Shown: positions 47,780-62,053, numbered from the stretch's first letter. The stretch: 64,000 bases of DNA from Deinococcus sp. (GCA_965261005.1 OZ253375.1:1760001-1824000), one strand, 5' to 3'. A program made the numbers and translations. The notes: generated from the letters alone by a model not told the origin.

Positions 47780-48691
47780 ATGACCCTGGCCATTCAGACC
47801 ACCGCCCTGCGCAAGGAGTACCGCGGCAAGCCGGTGGTGGATTCCCTCGACCTCGACGTGGCGCGCGGCGAGGTCTTCGGCTTTCTCGGCCCCAACGGCG
47901 CGGGCAAGAGCACCACCGTCAAGATGCTGCTGGGCTTGGTGCGGCCCACCTCCGGCGAGTTGCGCGTGCTGGGCGGCAGCGTGGAAAACTTGAACGTGCG
48001 GCGCCAGCTCGGCTTTCTGCCCGAGCAGTTCCGCTTTCACACCTGGATGACCGGGGAGGAGTTCCTGACCTTTCACGGCCGCTTGGCGGGCCTTTCGCCG
48101 CGCCAGGTGCGCGAGCGCATCCCGGACGCCCTGGCGCTGGTGGGCCTCGCCGGGCGCGGGCGCGAGGAGTTGCGCGGCTACTCCAAGGGGATGCTTCAGC
48201 GCGCCGGCATCGCGCAGGCGCTGATTCACACGCCCAAGCTGGTCTTTCTCGACGAGCCGACCAGCGCCCTCGATCCCCTCGGCCGGGTGGAGGTCCGCAA
48301 CATCATCCGCTCACTCAAAGACTCGGACGTGACGGTCTTTCTGAACTCGCACCTCCTCAGCGAGGTGGAGCAGACCTGCGACCGGGTCGCCTTTGTGGAC
48401 AAGGGGCGGGTGCTGCGGGCCGGCACCTTGGAGGAGATTCTGGGGCCGGTGAAAATTTTGGAACTGCGCGTGGACCGCCTCAGCCCGGAACTCTCAAGGG
48501 CGCTGCGCAAGTTGGGCGCCGTGAGGCCGGGCTTGGAGGGACGCGCCCGCATGGAGCTGAACGCAGGCGTGGACGCCGCGCAGGTGGCGGACGCGGTCGT
48601 GAAGGGCGGCGGCAAGCTCTTTGAGCTGACGCCGCACCGCCCGGCCCTGGAGGACGTGTTCGTGGAATTGATCGAGGGGGAGGGGAATTGA
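47780..48691 (+). CDS. ABC-2 type ATP-binding protein
   Basis: GPNGAGKST, YSKGM, LDEPT, NSH. Confidence 0.94.
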   Translation: MTLAIQTTALRKEYRGKPVVDSLDLDVARGEVFGFLGPNGAGKSTTVKMLLGLVRPTSGELRVLGGSVENLNVRRQLGFLPEQFRFHTWMTGEEFLTFHGRLAGLSPRQVRERIPDALALVGLAGRGREELRGYSKGMLQRAGIAQALIHTPKLVFLDEPTSALDPLGRVEVRNIIRSLKDSDVTVFLNSHLLSEVEQTCDRVAFVDKGRVLRAGTLEEILGPVKILELRVDRLSPELSRALRKLGAVRPGLEGRARMELNAGVDAAQVADAVVKGGGKLFELTPHRPALEDVFVELIEGEGN

Positions 48692-49557
48692 GGAACATCC
48701 TGCTGGTCACCGAGCTGACCCTGCGCGAGGCGACCCGGCGCCGCTTGGTGCTGGTGCTGTTCGGCCTCACGCTGGTCTTTCTGGGCTTTTACCTTTACGG
48801 CGTCCACCTTTTGCAGGTGCGGCTGACCGAGCGCGCCGGGGACCTCGGCTTCGACCGCCCACTGCAATCGGCCCAGACCAGCTACGCCACCACGGCCCTG
48901 TTCGGGCTGTACCTGGTCAATTTTCTGGGCGGCTTGATGGCGGTGCTGTCCAGCGTGGGCGCCGTCAGCGGCGAGGTGGAGTCGGGCACGTTGCAGGCGG
49001 TCGCCTACAAGCCGGTGTCGCGCGCCCAGATCGTGGCGGGCAAGTGGCTGGGCTTCGCGGTCATCAACCTCGCCTACATCACGCTGCTGTCGGCGGGCTT
49101 ACTTTGGGGCGTGCGGCTGATTACCGGCTTCGCGCCGCCGAGTCCGGTGCCGGCCATTCTCCTGATGGACCTGTCGGTGCTGCTGCTGCTGACGCTGACC
49201 ATTCTGGGCGGCACGCTGTTTTCCACCCTTGCCAACGGCATCGGCGTCTTTTTGCTGTACGGCCTGGGCTTCGCGGGCGGCATCCTGAGTTCGGTGGGCG
49301 GCTTCACCGACACGCCCCTCTTGGTGCGGCTGGGGTTATACAGCCAGTACGTGATGCCCGCCGACGCCCTATGGAAGGGCGCCTCGTACTATCTGCAAAC
49401 GCCCGAGCTGCTCACCTTTCAACGCTTCGCGCGCGGCGGCGGCAACCCCTTTCTGGGCATAGACCCGCCGGCGACGGCCTTTCTGGTCTGGGCCGGACTG
49501 TACGTGCTGCTGGCGCTGGGGCTGGCGCTGTTGGTGTTTAGGCGGCGTGATCTCTAG
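48688..49557 (+). CDS. ABC-2 type permease
   Basis: About 6 TMs; GEVESGT..KPVSR..GKW motif. Confidence 0.9.
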   Translation: MRNILLVTELTLREATRRRLVLVLFGLTLVFLGFYLYGVHLLQVRLTERAGDLGFDRPLQSAQTSYATTALFGLYLVNFLGGLMAVLSSVGAVSGEVESGTLQAVAYKPVSRAQIVAGKWLGFAVINLAYITLLSAGLLWGVRLITGFAPPSPVPAILLMDLSVLLLLTLTILGGTLFSTLANGIGVFLLYGLGFAGGILSSVGGFTDTPLLVRLGLYSQYVMPADALWKGASYYLQTPELLTFQRFARGGGNPFLGIDPPATAFLVWAGLYVLLALGLALLVFRRRDL

Positions 49558-49566
49558 AATGCGCGG

Positions 49567-50646
49567 GTGCCACGCCGCTTCGCGCTGCTCGCCGCCCTGA
49601 GCTTGATTGGGGCCGCGTATGGAGGTTCCGTGACCCAGCCCCTGCCCACCTTGCCCGCCCTACACCTGGAGCGTTCCGCCAACTTCGCGCGGGGCAAGTT
49701 GCATGACCTCGTTCTTGGCCCGGACGGCGCGCTGCGCCTGGCGGAAAACGCCAAGACCGGCACGTTAGAGTCGCTTCCCACCCAGACCGTCCCCTTCAGG
49801 GAGCTGCTGCCGTCGTGGAACGCCCTCACACCTCCCGGCACCTGGCTCACGCTGGAGGTGCGCGCCCAAGTGGACGGGCGCTGGACGAAGTACTACAGCT
49901 TCGGCCGCTGGACCGGCGACGCGGGGCGCGCCAGCCTGAAGGGTCAGGGCGACGAGGGCGGCGATGTGCTGACCGACACCCTGCGCCTCAAGAAAGCGGC
50001 CCAGCGCTACCAGTACCGCCTCACGCTCGGCTCGGAGCGCCCGGGCCTATCCCCGGGCGTGCGTCTGATCGCCCTGACCGCCACCGGCAAGGTTTCGGCG
50101 GGCGGCGCCCCCTCCGACCGCGCCGCCTGGGGCAAGCTGCTTAACGTCCCCGCGCGCTCCCAAATGGTCTTTCCGGCGGGCGAGGGCTGGTGCTCGCCCA
50201 CCTCGCTGAGCATGGTGCTGGCCTACTGGGGCTTTGAGGTCAGCGTGCCCGAGGCGGCGGCGGGCACCTATGACAAGACCTATGAGGGCACCGGCAACTG
50301 GGCCTTCAACGCCGCCTACGCCGCCAGCTTGGGCGTCACGGCTTATACCACCCGTCTGAACGGCCTAGGGGACGTGGAGCGCTTGATCCTCTCCGGCGTG
50401 CCGGTGATCCTGAGCGTCGGCTGGAAGCCGGGCGAGCTGCCGGGCGCCCCCATTCCCCGCTCCGACGGCCACCTGATCGTGGCGGTGGGCTTCGATCAGC
50501 GCGGCGACGTGGTCGTGAACGATCCCGCCGGCAAGGGGGACGCCGAGGTGCGGCACAGCTATCCCCGCGCGGCGCTGGAGCGGCTGTGGCTGTCGCACTC
50601 AGGTGGAGCGGCTTACGTGCTGTATCCGCCGGAGAAGGCGCCCTGA
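49567..50646 (+). CDS. Secreted C39-like cysteine peptidase
   Basis: Signal peptide; SQ..WCSPTS, GHL, NDP catalytic motifs. Confidence 0.85.
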   Translation: MPRRFALLAALSLIGAAYGGSVTQPLPTLPALHLERSANFARGKLHDLVLGPDGALRLAENAKTGTLESLPTQTVPFRELLPSWNALTPPGTWLTLEVRAQVDGRWTKYYSFGRWTGDAGRASLKGQGDEGGDVLTDTLRLKKAAQRYQYRLTLGSERPGLSPGVRLIALTATGKVSAGGAPSDRAAWGKLLNVPARSQMVFPAGEGWCSPTSLSMVLAYWGFEVSVPEAAAGTYDKTYEGTGNWAFNAAYAASLGVTAYTTRLNGLGDVERLILSGVPVILSVGWKPGELPGAPIPRSDGHLIVAVGFDQRGDVVVNDPAGKGDAEVRHSYPRAALERLWLSHSGGAAYVLYPPEKAP

Positions 50647-50679
50647 AATCCAAACTGTTCCGGACCGCATATAACCCAA

Positions 50680-50820
50680 TGTGCGGACCCTCCTCCCTCC
50701 CCCCTCGAAAGAGTCCCCGCTCTTTTGCGGTCCGCACACTTAACGACGCCGGCGCTCGTCCCCTCCTCTGAGCGCCGGCCCCAACGTTTCACCCCCGCCC
50801 AAGCGGGGGTGCCTTTTTAT
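50680..50820 (+). ncRNA. Candidate sRNA with C/U-rich anti-SD loops
   Basis: Two perfect 10-bp stems enclosing CCTCCT-containing loops, a terminator, and an upstream TATAAC. Confidence 0.65.
50790..50819 (+). terminator. Rho-independent terminator
   Basis: CACCCCCGC-CCAA-GCGGGGGTG-CCTTTTT. Confidence 0.8.
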
Positions 50821-51812
50821 TCTCCGAGCGCCCCGTTCCCGATAGCCCAGCCCCCGATGACCCAATCGAAGCTGTCGCGCGCCCGCGCCTGCATGGCCGC
50901 CACGGCGTCCCAATCGGGGGCGCGGTTTCCCTCAATCTCACCCAGCAGCGCGGCCACGTCGAAGTCCGTCGCATGAACGGGCGCCCCGGCGTCGGTGCAG
51001 AAGCCGGCCACCTTGGGGTCGTAGCTGACGCCCGCGAAGGGCACCTGCGCCGCCGCCGCCAGGATGACCGCGTGCAGCCGCACGCCGACGACAAAGCCCG
51101 CGCCCGCGATGGCGTCAAGGGCCACCTGCGGCTCCCCGGTCGAGATGATCTCCCCGCCGATCAGGCGCGCCTCCGCGTCGTCATGTTGAGGCTGGAGGCT
51201 GAGGGCCACCACCTCGCGCCCGTTCGCGCGCAGGCGGGCCGCCAAGTCGGCCAGCTGCTCGGTCGCCCCGCGCTGCCCGCCGCGCGGCGCGAGCACCACC
51301 CGCGCTGGGTTGCGCCCGACTTGGCCGGGTTCCAGCAACAAAGCCGGGTCGCCGCCCAGCTTGGCCTCCACGCCCAAGCCGCGCAGCGTCTCCAAGCTGC
51401 CCCGGTCGCGCACGATGGTCGGCACGCCCCCCAGGGACGCCGCCACCCGCCGCCCACCCGCCGCGCTGAGGGGACCGACGCTCTGGTTGAACACGGCCGC
51501 CTGCTTGCCCAACCACCGCGCCAAGCGGATCAGGCCCAGGTAGTAGGTCAGGGTGCGCGCCGAGGTGCCGTCTTGCAGCAAGCCGCCTCCCCCCGACAGC
51601 AGCAGATCGCAGGCGGCCACGGCCCCGAGGAGACCCAGCGGGTGCATCCGCGGCGCGGCCCTGACGCCGTAGGTGCGCGCCGTCGCTGCGGGCGTGTTCG
51701 AAAGCACGTTGACGCGGTGCCCGCGCGCCGTGAGTTCGCGGGTGATGGCGAGCAAGATGGCCTCGTCGCCGGTGTTGTCAAAGCCGTAGTAGCCGCTCAG
51801 GAGGATGTTCAC
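50817..51812 (-). CDS. csaB: Polysaccharide pyruvyl transferase
   Basis: GYYGFDNTGDEA, SGGGGLLQD, RLHA, SYDPKV. Confidence 0.93.
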   Translation of the reverse strand: MNILLSGYYGFDNTGDEAILLAITRELTARGHRVNVLSNTPAATARTYGVRAAPRMHPLGLLGAVAACDLLLSGGGGLLQDGTSARTLTYYLGLIRLARWLGKQAAVFNQSVGPLSAAGGRRVAASLGGVPTIVRDRGSLETLRGLGVEAKLGGDPALLLEPGQVGRNPARVVLAPRGGQRGATEQLADLAARLRANGREVVALSLQPQHDDAEARLIGGEIISTGEPQVALDAIAGAGFVVGVRLHAVILAAAAQVPFAGVSYDPKVAGFCTDAGAPVHATDFDVAALLGEIEGNRAPDWDAVAAMQARARDSFDWVIGGWAIGNGALGE

Positions 51813-51819
51813 GCGCGTC

Positions 51820-53661
51820 TCAGTCGCCCGTCGCCGGCTCCACCTTGTGCGCGCCGCGCCGCTCGGGCGGTCCGGCGCGCACGAAGCGCACGCCCCAGGC
51901 CAGCAGCGGCAGCAGGATAAAGCCGATGGCGCCGCCGATCAGGATGCCGTTGAGGGCGCGCTCCAGCGAGATCAGCAGCGGGGTGTGAAAGTGCGAGAAG
52001 GTATTGAGAATGCTCGACTGTCCCACCACACCGCCCAGCAGCAGCAGGTTGGCGAAGTACGGCGGAAAGCGCCCCGAAAGGCCCAGCAGGGCCGCCGGGT
52101 GGCCGGCCAACTCCTTGAAGCGCGGCCGGATGATGTTGTCCTGCAAGAGGGCGCGCACCTTGGTCTCGGCGGCGCTGACGCCCACGGCGGGCGTGTTGCC
52201 GCGCCGCAGCACGATCAAGGCGATGGCCGCCAGCGCCACCAAGATGATCGCCACGTCCCCGAGGCGCATGGGGGTGGTGTAAAGGTCGCTGGCAGTCTGG
52301 CGGATGTCTTGGCGCGGCAACAGGCTCAGCGCGAACAGGCCCAGCGGCACCACCAGGGTCAGGCCCACCCCGCGGAAGGGGTCGAGGCCCAGCATCGAGA
52401 GGCGGTCGGCGCCCAGCGCGGCCACGAAAAAGACGCCCATCAGGCTCAGGCCGGTCGCCAGCAGCCAGTCGGTCGGGCGACTCCGGCGCAGCACGAAGCC
52501 CAGCGCCGGAAAGACCACCGCCGCCAGCAGGGCGCCCGAGGCGAGGGGGGCGCCGCCGTTCACGACCACGACCAGCGCGAGGGTGCCCAGCGCGACCAGG
52601 GCGCCCAGGCGCGCCAAGGGGTAGCCCAGCGCCAACAGCGCGAGCGCCAGCAGCGGCCCCAGCAGCGAGGCGTACCGGAGCGCCGCGCTCGGCGTGTAGC
52701 TGGCAATGTTGGGCACGCCGATCCCGATGCCCGCCTTGGTCAAGCCCGCCCGCATGGTGTTCAGAAACTGGTCGGTGTTCGCCACCGTGTCGAAGGGGCG
52801 CACGTACAGCAGCTTGAGGCTGCGCTCGCGGGCAGCCAGCACGAACTTGCCGGCGACCTCGTTCGGCTCCAGCAGCGCCTGCCACTCGGGCCGAATCGAA
52901 AAGAGCCGGATGGCCGGGTGGTCCGCGATCAGGGTGCCGAGGCCCTTTTGCGGGTTGCTCTCGATAATGGCCGGCACCCGCGTCCCGAGGCGCGCGTTCA
53001 CCTGCGCGAGGCGCGCCGGGCTGTCGGCGCCCACCACCTTGAGGCCGTTGAAGGCGACGTAGCGCACGTCCGGCCAATCGGCGGCCACGCTCTTGACCGC
53101 CAAGCTGTCGAAGGGGCGGTACACGAGCTGGTAGCCTTGCCGCTGCAAGCTCCCGATCAGGGCGGTGTTGGGGCCGGCCGGCACCCCGCCGATGGGGACC
53201 GACCAGCCGGTCCAGGTCAGGCCGTCCGCCGTGACGTCCTCGGTGGCGTAGCTGTAGCGCGCCCTCAGCGCCCGCACGGCGCCGGGCTTGACCGGGCGTA
53301 GGTACGTCCAACTGGGGTTGAAGCCGGCCTGCGGATTCTGCGCGAACAGCTCGGCGCCGCTTTTCAGGGCGATCTCGCCGCGCTGCACCTGGTTGGCGAC
53401 CACATCCTCGTAGACGGCCACGCCGTTGACGCCGAGGCTGCGGTAGTGCGCCAGCAGGTCCTGCTCGCTTCTCCCCACGCCGCGCGCCTGCTGCGCGAGG
53501 TCGGTCCAGTCCATCACGACGGCGACGGTGCGCTCACGCCCCTCGAAACGGACGCGGGTGTAGGCCAGCCACAAGGCTGGAATCAAGCTGAGCAGCAACA
53601 AAACCAGGAGCGCGCGCCGGGCGGTTCGCGCGGCGGGCGTGGGGGGAGGTGAGGCGAGCAC
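51820..53661 (-). CDS. DUF5693-like membrane protein (csaB-associated)
   Basis: AARER, FRGV, RRGN, RPRFKELAGHP, NTFSHFHTP. Confidence 0.82.
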   Translation of the reverse strand: MLASPPPTPAARTARRALLVLLLLSLIPALWLAYTRVRFEGRERTVAVVMDWTDLAQQARGVGRSEQDLLAHYRSLGVNGVAVYEDVVANQVQRGEIALKSGAELFAQNPQAGFNPSWTYLRPVKPGAVRALRARYSYATEDVTADGLTWTGWSVPIGGVPAGPNTALIGSLQRQGYQLVYRPFDSLAVKSVAADWPDVRYVAFNGLKVVGADSPARLAQVNARLGTRVPAIIESNPQKGLGTLIADHPAIRLFSIRPEWQALLEPNEVAGKFVLAARERSLKLLYVRPFDTVANTDQFLNTMRAGLTKAGIGIGVPNIASYTPSAALRYASLLGPLLALALLALGYPLARLGALVALGTLALVVVVNGGAPLASGALLAAVVFPALGFVLRRSRPTDWLLATGLSLMGVFFVAALGADRLSMLGLDPFRGVGLTLVVPLGLFALSLLPRQDIRQTASDLYTTPMRLGDVAIILVALAAIALIVLRRGNTPAVGVSAAETKVRALLQDNIIRPRFKELAGHPAALLGLSGRFPPYFANLLLLGGVVGQSSILNTFSHFHTPLLISLERALNGILIGGAIGFILLPLLAWGVRFVRAGPPERRGAHKVEPATGD

Positions 53662-53726
53662 GGCTCAGTATTGCCCAAAGGGCCGAGGTTGGCATGAATG
53701 GGGCTGGCGTGAAGGCGGGAGAAGCT

Positions 53727-55444
<1,718 letters not shown>

Positions 55445-55498
55445 TCCGGCCCCCAGTATACGAACCCGAAGTCTGGGCGCCAACAGCCGAGCAAAGCG

Positions 55499-55524
55499 AG
55501 GGGAGAACCGAACGGTTCTCCCCT
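55499..55524 (-). terminator. Hairpin downstream of tRNA-Ile
   Basis: AGGGGAGAACC/GGTTCTCCCCT 11-bp stem. Confidence 0.7.
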
Positions 55525-55551
55525 TATCACGCGTCCTGCGCGCTTTTTCTG

Positions 55552-55628
<77 letters not shown>

Positions 55629-55690
55629 ACAGAAGCGCCGCTTAGCTTAGCAAAAGCCGGCGGAGCTGTCAATTTTTCATTTTCTACTAT

Positions 55691-56368
55691 TTAGCCTTCC
55701 ACGGCGTAGGGAAACAGCAGCGCCGACACCACCACCGAGGCCACGTCGTAGAGCAGCAAGAACTCCAGCCAAGCGCCCCACTCCCCCGCCAAACCGCCCG
55801 CGAGCAGCAGGGTGGTGGCGCGCACGGTGGCGAGCACCACCGGCACCATCACCGGAAAGGCCAGCACCGGCAGCAAAGCCTCGCGGGCGCGCAAGTTGAC
55901 CGTGATGGCCGCGTAAAAGCAGCTGGTGGCCGCGAAGCCGAGCAGGCCCAGCAACACTGTGACCGTCAGCCAGCCCCAGACTTCACTTGCCGCGTTCTCT
56001 GCCGGGCGCAACCCCAGCAGCACCACCGCAACCGGCACGATGATCAGGGCCAGCAGCAGCAGTTGCGCGAAGGTGCCCAGCAGCTTGCCCAGGTACAGCG
56101 CCTCGTGCGGCGCCGGATACAGCAGCAGGGTGTCCAGCGCGCCCGCCTCCTGCTCGGCCGCAAAGGCGCGCCCCGCCGCAACCGCCGCCGAGAGGGCCAG
56201 GGCGCTCCACAACACCCCAGGCGCCGCCGCCGAGAGGCGCTCCGGTCCCAGCGCGAAGCCCAGAATCAGCATCAGGAGGCCCGCGAAGAAGATGCTGGCG
56301 GTCAGCACGTCGCGGGTGCGGCCCGAGAGTTGCCAATCCTTGAGGGCGACGGTCAGCAGGGTGCGCAC
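55691..56368 (-). CDS. ccmB: Heme exporter permease CcmB
   Basis: APGVLW, E...G.LD.L, LYLGK, LLPVLAFP. Confidence 0.9.
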   Translation of the reverse strand: MRTLLTVALKDWQLSGRTRDVLTASIFFAGLLMLILGFALGPERLSAAAPGVLWSALALSAAVAAGRAFAAEQEAGALDTLLLYPAPHEALYLGKLLGTFAQLLLLALIIVPVAVVLLGLRPAENAASEVWGWLTVTVLLGLLGFAATSCFYAAITVNLRAREALLPVLAFPVMVPVVLATVRATTLLLAGGLAGEWGAWLEFLLLYDVASVVVSALLFPYAVEG

Positions 56369-56375
56369 GGTACTG

Positions 56376-57032
56376 TTAGGGCCGCTCCAGCTGGCCGCCG
56401 CGCAACAGCAGCGCCCCGTCCGTCGCCCGCGCCGCGAGGTCTGGCTCGTGGGCGGCCAGCAGCAGGGTCGAGCCAGCCGCCCGCACCTCGCCGAGCAGCT
56501 CGATGGTCAGCGCGCGTCCGGCCGCGTCGAGGTTGGCGAAGGGTTCGTCCACCAGCAGCAGCGGGCGCCGCAGCAGCCACAGCCGCGCCAGGGCGACGCG
56601 CTTGCGCATGCCGGCGCTCAGGAAGCGCACGCGCTTGTCGGCCGCGCCCAGCAGGTCCACCCGCTTGAGGGCCGCGTCGGGATTTCCGGAAAGGCCGTGC
56701 ATGCGCAGCGCGAAGCCGAGGTTCTCGCGCGGCGTCAGGTCAGGGTACAGTCCAGCCTCGTGCGACAGCAGGTGGACGTGCTCGCGCGCCGCGCGGCGGT
56801 CGCGCAGATCGAAGCCGAACAGGCGACCCGCCCCCCGGGTTGGCCCCTGCGCCGAGGCCAGCAGGCGCAGCAAGCTGGTCTTGCCGGCGCCGTTTTCACC
56901 GAGGAGGGCCAGGCCTGCCCCCACCGGCAGGTCGAGGTCGAGGCCGCGCAGCACCAAGTCGCGCCCGTAGCGCAGCCACACGCCGCGCAATTGGACGGCG
57001 TAGGCGGGCGCGTTGTATTCGGAAAGGCTCAC
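56376..57032 (-). CDS. ccmA: Heme exporter ATPase CcmA
   Basis: GENGAGKTS, LYPDLT, LSAGMRKR, DEPF; GTG overlaps the ccdA stop. Confidence 0.9.
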   Translation of the reverse strand: MSLSEYNAPAYAVQLRGVWLRYGRDLVLRGLDLDLPVGAGLALLGENGAGKTSLLRLLASAQGPTRGAGRLFGFDLRDRRAAREHVHLLSHEAGLYPDLTPRENLGFALRMHGLSGNPDAALKRVDLLGAADKRVRFLSAGMRKRVALARLWLLRRPLLLVDEPFANLDAAGRALTIELLGEVRAAGSTLLLAAHEPDLAARATDGALLLRGGQLERP

Positions 57033-57709
57033 AGCCGCTCGCGCAGCCAGGGCGGCGTCACCTCCAGGAAAAAGCCGGCCAAGCGGGTGAACTCCCCCGT
57101 GAAGATCAGCAGGCCGACCACCACCAGAATGGCGCCGCCCAGCTTCTCGAACAGCGGGCTGAGGCGCGTCAGGGCGCGCAAGTTCAGCTGCCGCCACAGC
57201 AGGGCCGCCACCAAAAAGGGCAGCGCCAAGCCCAGCGTGTAGGCCAGCAGCAGCCCCACGCCGCGCGCGAGGTCGGCGCTGCTGGCCGCGAGGCTCAGGA
57301 TGCTGCCCAGAATCGGCCCCAGGCAGGGACTCCAGCCGAAACCGAAGGCGGCTCCCAGCGCCACCGCCCCGTAGCGCTCGGCCCCCCCCATGCGCCTGGA
57401 GTCGAGCAGGCTGACGCGCGGGCGCAACCCCAGCATGAACAGCCCGAAAGCGATGATGAAGAGCGCCCCGACGCGCCCCAGCAAGATCTTGTGCGGCGCG
57501 ATCAAGGCGCCCAGGTAGCTGGCCGTCGCGCCCAGAATCATGAACACCAGGCCAAAGCCGAGCACGAAGCCCAGCGCCCGCACCAAGGGCGCTTTGCCGC
57601 CGCCCAGCACCCCCAGGTACGACGGCACCAGCGGCAGCACGCACGGCGACAAAAACGACAGCAGGCCCGCCGCAAAGGCGAGGGTCAGGCCGGGCACGCC
57701 GGAAGTCAC
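57029..57709 (-). CDS. ccdA: Cytochrome c biogenesis protein CcdA
   Basis: SFLSPCVLPLVP, GWSPCLGP. Confidence 0.93.
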   Translation of the reverse strand: MTSGVPGLTLAFAAGLLSFLSPCVLPLVPSYLGVLGGGKAPLVRALGFVLGFGLVFMILGATASYLGALIAPHKILLGRVGALFIIAFGLFMLGLRPRVSLLDSRRMGGAERYGAVALGAAFGFGWSPCLGPILGSILSLAASSADLARGVGLLLAYTLGLALPFLVAALLWRQLNLRALTRLSPLFEKLGGAILVVVGLLIFTGEFTRLAGFFLEVTPPWLRERL

Positions 57710-57718
57710 CCCCTCACC

Positions 57719-58122
57719 TTACAAAAGGGCGCGCAGGGCGGCGAGGTCAAGCGTCCCTTCCCACAAGTTCAGGATCTTGCCGTCCCTCACCAGCAGGATG
57801 CTGGGGTACACCCGCACCTTGAGGGCGCGCGAAAAGGCGGTGGCGCCCTCGCCACGCCACACCGCCACGCCGGGGGGGGCGGGGGCCGGCACGTCCTCGG
57901 CGTTGACCAAGCGCAGCGGCACACCGCTTCCCAACACGTCACGCCATAAGGCGCCGAGGTCGCCACAGTCGTGGCTGTACACCACCACCAGCTCCTCGGG
58001 GGCGCTTTGCCAGGGGTGCGCGGGCAGGGGACCGCCCAACTTGGGCAAGGCGGCGGCCATCCCGCCGAAGCTCCCACCGAAGATCAAGGTGCCGAGCAGC
58101 GCGGGCGCCAAGAGGCGGACCT

Positions 58123-58126
<4 letters not shown>
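57719..58126 (-). CDS. Exported thioredoxin-like hypothetical protein
   Basis: Signal peptide; [17 protein letters not shown]. Confidence 0.6.
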
Positions 58127-60528
<2,402 letters not shown>

Positions 60529-60643
60529 GAGGCCCTGCCCAAAGTTGATCGCGCGCTGGACATTCCTACCAGCATAAAGGCCCGCCTTGAGCGCCCCGTG
60601 AAGGCCGGCCCTTCAACTCCTCCCCCTTCAACTCGCCCGAGGT

Positions 60644-61042
60644 TCAATTCGCCCCGGCCGCGCCGCGCGCCTTTTTGCTGGCGATCAATTGGCTCACCCG
60701 CCCGCGCAAATTCTTGCCGCTGAGCGGCTTGTAGATGACGTCGTCGGCGCCGACCAGCTTGGCGTGATCCCGGGTCTGGTCGTCGTCGAAGCCGGTCAGC
60801 AGCAGCACGGCCACCCCGCTGAGGCGCTTCACGCGCTTGACCCGGCTGCAAATCTCGTAGCCGTCGAGGTAAGGCATCTTCACGTCCAGCAGCACGGCGT
60901 CCGGCGTGTGGTCTTGCAGGTACGCCAGGGCCGCCTTGCCGTCGGGAACCGTCACGATGTCGTGGCCGTCCGCCGACAGGATCACCTCCAGCATGGTGCG
61001 AATGGCCGGCTCGTCGTCGGCGACCAGAATGGTGTAGGCCAT
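60644..61042 (-). CDS. Single-domain response regulator
   Basis: LVADD, LLDVKMP, KP; no output domain. Confidence 0.9.
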   Translation of the reverse strand: MAYTILVADDEPAIRTMLEVILSADGHDIVTVPDGKAALAYLQDHTPDAVLLDVKMPYLDGYEICSRVKRVKRLSGVAVLLLTGFDDDQTRDHAKLVGADDVIYKPLSGKNLRGRVSQLIASKKARGAAGAN

Positions 61043-61070
61043 ATTGAGGGGGAGTATACCCGCTTCCCGT

Positions 61071-61316
61071 TCAGCCTCCTGTGCAGCGCCCCTCAAGTTC
61101 CTCGACGCGCGCCTCCAGGCTCTCCACCTTGCGCAGCAGCGCCACCAGCACCAAGGCGTAGTGGTCGTAGAGCTTGGGGCGCTGCATACGGCGCTCGCCG
61201 TCCATCCAACCTTCCAGGAGTTCGCGCGAGCGGACCAACACCTGGTCGTCGGTCAGGTCGCGGCGCCCCTGGCCCCTCAGCACTTCCCGCGCGAAGTTGA
61301 GTTCGTCGTCGCTCAT
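61071..61316 (-). CDS. Small hypothetical protein with C-terminal coiled coil
   Basis: 81-aa ORF, VESLEARVEELE. Confidence 0.7.
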   Translation of the reverse strand: MSDDELNFAREVLRGQGRRDLTDDQVLVRSRELLEGWMDGERRMQRPKLYDHYALVLVALLRKVESLEARVEELEGRCTGG

Positions 61317-61373
61317 GAGGTCAGCCTAACGCCAACGGCCTGATATCAAACGGCCTGGCGCTAAACTGCCCGC

Positions 61374-62012
61374 ATGACCGATCTCGCCCAGAACGTCACC
61401 GTCCGTTCCGTTCCCACCGGACCGCTGCAAGAAAACACCGTGCTGCTGCGCGGCCAAGGCGGCGGCGGCTTCGTGGTGGACCCCGGCGACGAGCCGGACA
61501 AGCTGCTGGCCGAGATCGCGGCCATGCAGCTGCGCCCGCGGGCCATCGTGCTGACCCACGCGCACTTCGACCACGTCGGGGCGGTGGAGCCGCTGCGAAA
61601 AGCTTTGGGCGTGCCGGTGTGGCTGCACGAACGCGACCTGGAACTCTACCGGGGGGCGGCGACCTCGGCGGCGCGCTGGAACCTGCCCTTCGAGCAGCCC
61701 TCCGACCCAGACGACTTTCTCGTTCAGGGCCAAGTATTGCAGGCGGGCGACCTGATCCTGACGGTGCGCGAGCTGCCCGGCCACGCGCCGGGACACGTTG
61801 TTTTGGTGGGCGACGGCTTCGTGATCGCCGGCGACACGCTGTTTCAGGGGTCGGTGGGGCGCACCGACTTGCCGGGCGGGGACCACGCGGCGCTGATCGC
61901 GGGCATCGGGCGCGAACTGCTGTCCCTGCCGGACGGGACGCGGGTGTATCCCGGCCACGGCCCAGAGACGACGGTGGGCCGCGAACGGGCGTCCAACCCA
62001 TACCTGAGCTGA
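61374..62012 (+). CDS. MBL-fold metallo-hydrolase (glyoxalase II-like)
   Basis: THAHFDH, GHAPG, GD, PGHG. Confidence 0.93.
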   Translation: MTDLAQNVTVRSVPTGPLQENTVLLRGQGGGGFVVDPGDEPDKLLAEIAAMQLRPRAIVLTHAHFDHVGAVEPLRKALGVPVWLHERDLELYRGAATSAARWNLPFEQPSDPDDFLVQGQVLQAGDLILTVRELPGHAPGHVVLVGDGFVIAGDTLFQGSVGRTDLPGGDHAALIAGIGRELLSLPDGTRVYPGHGPETTVGRERASNPYLS

Positions 62013-62053
62013 ACCATCAAACCCTGACACTTTCCTAACCTGGTGCTGAAGTA

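Noticed and set aside
47780..50646. ABC transporter plus C39 peptidase as a bacteriocin/RiPP cluster
   Set aside because: No precursor peptide or modification enzymes; the peptidase is a secreted stand-alone type with its own promoter
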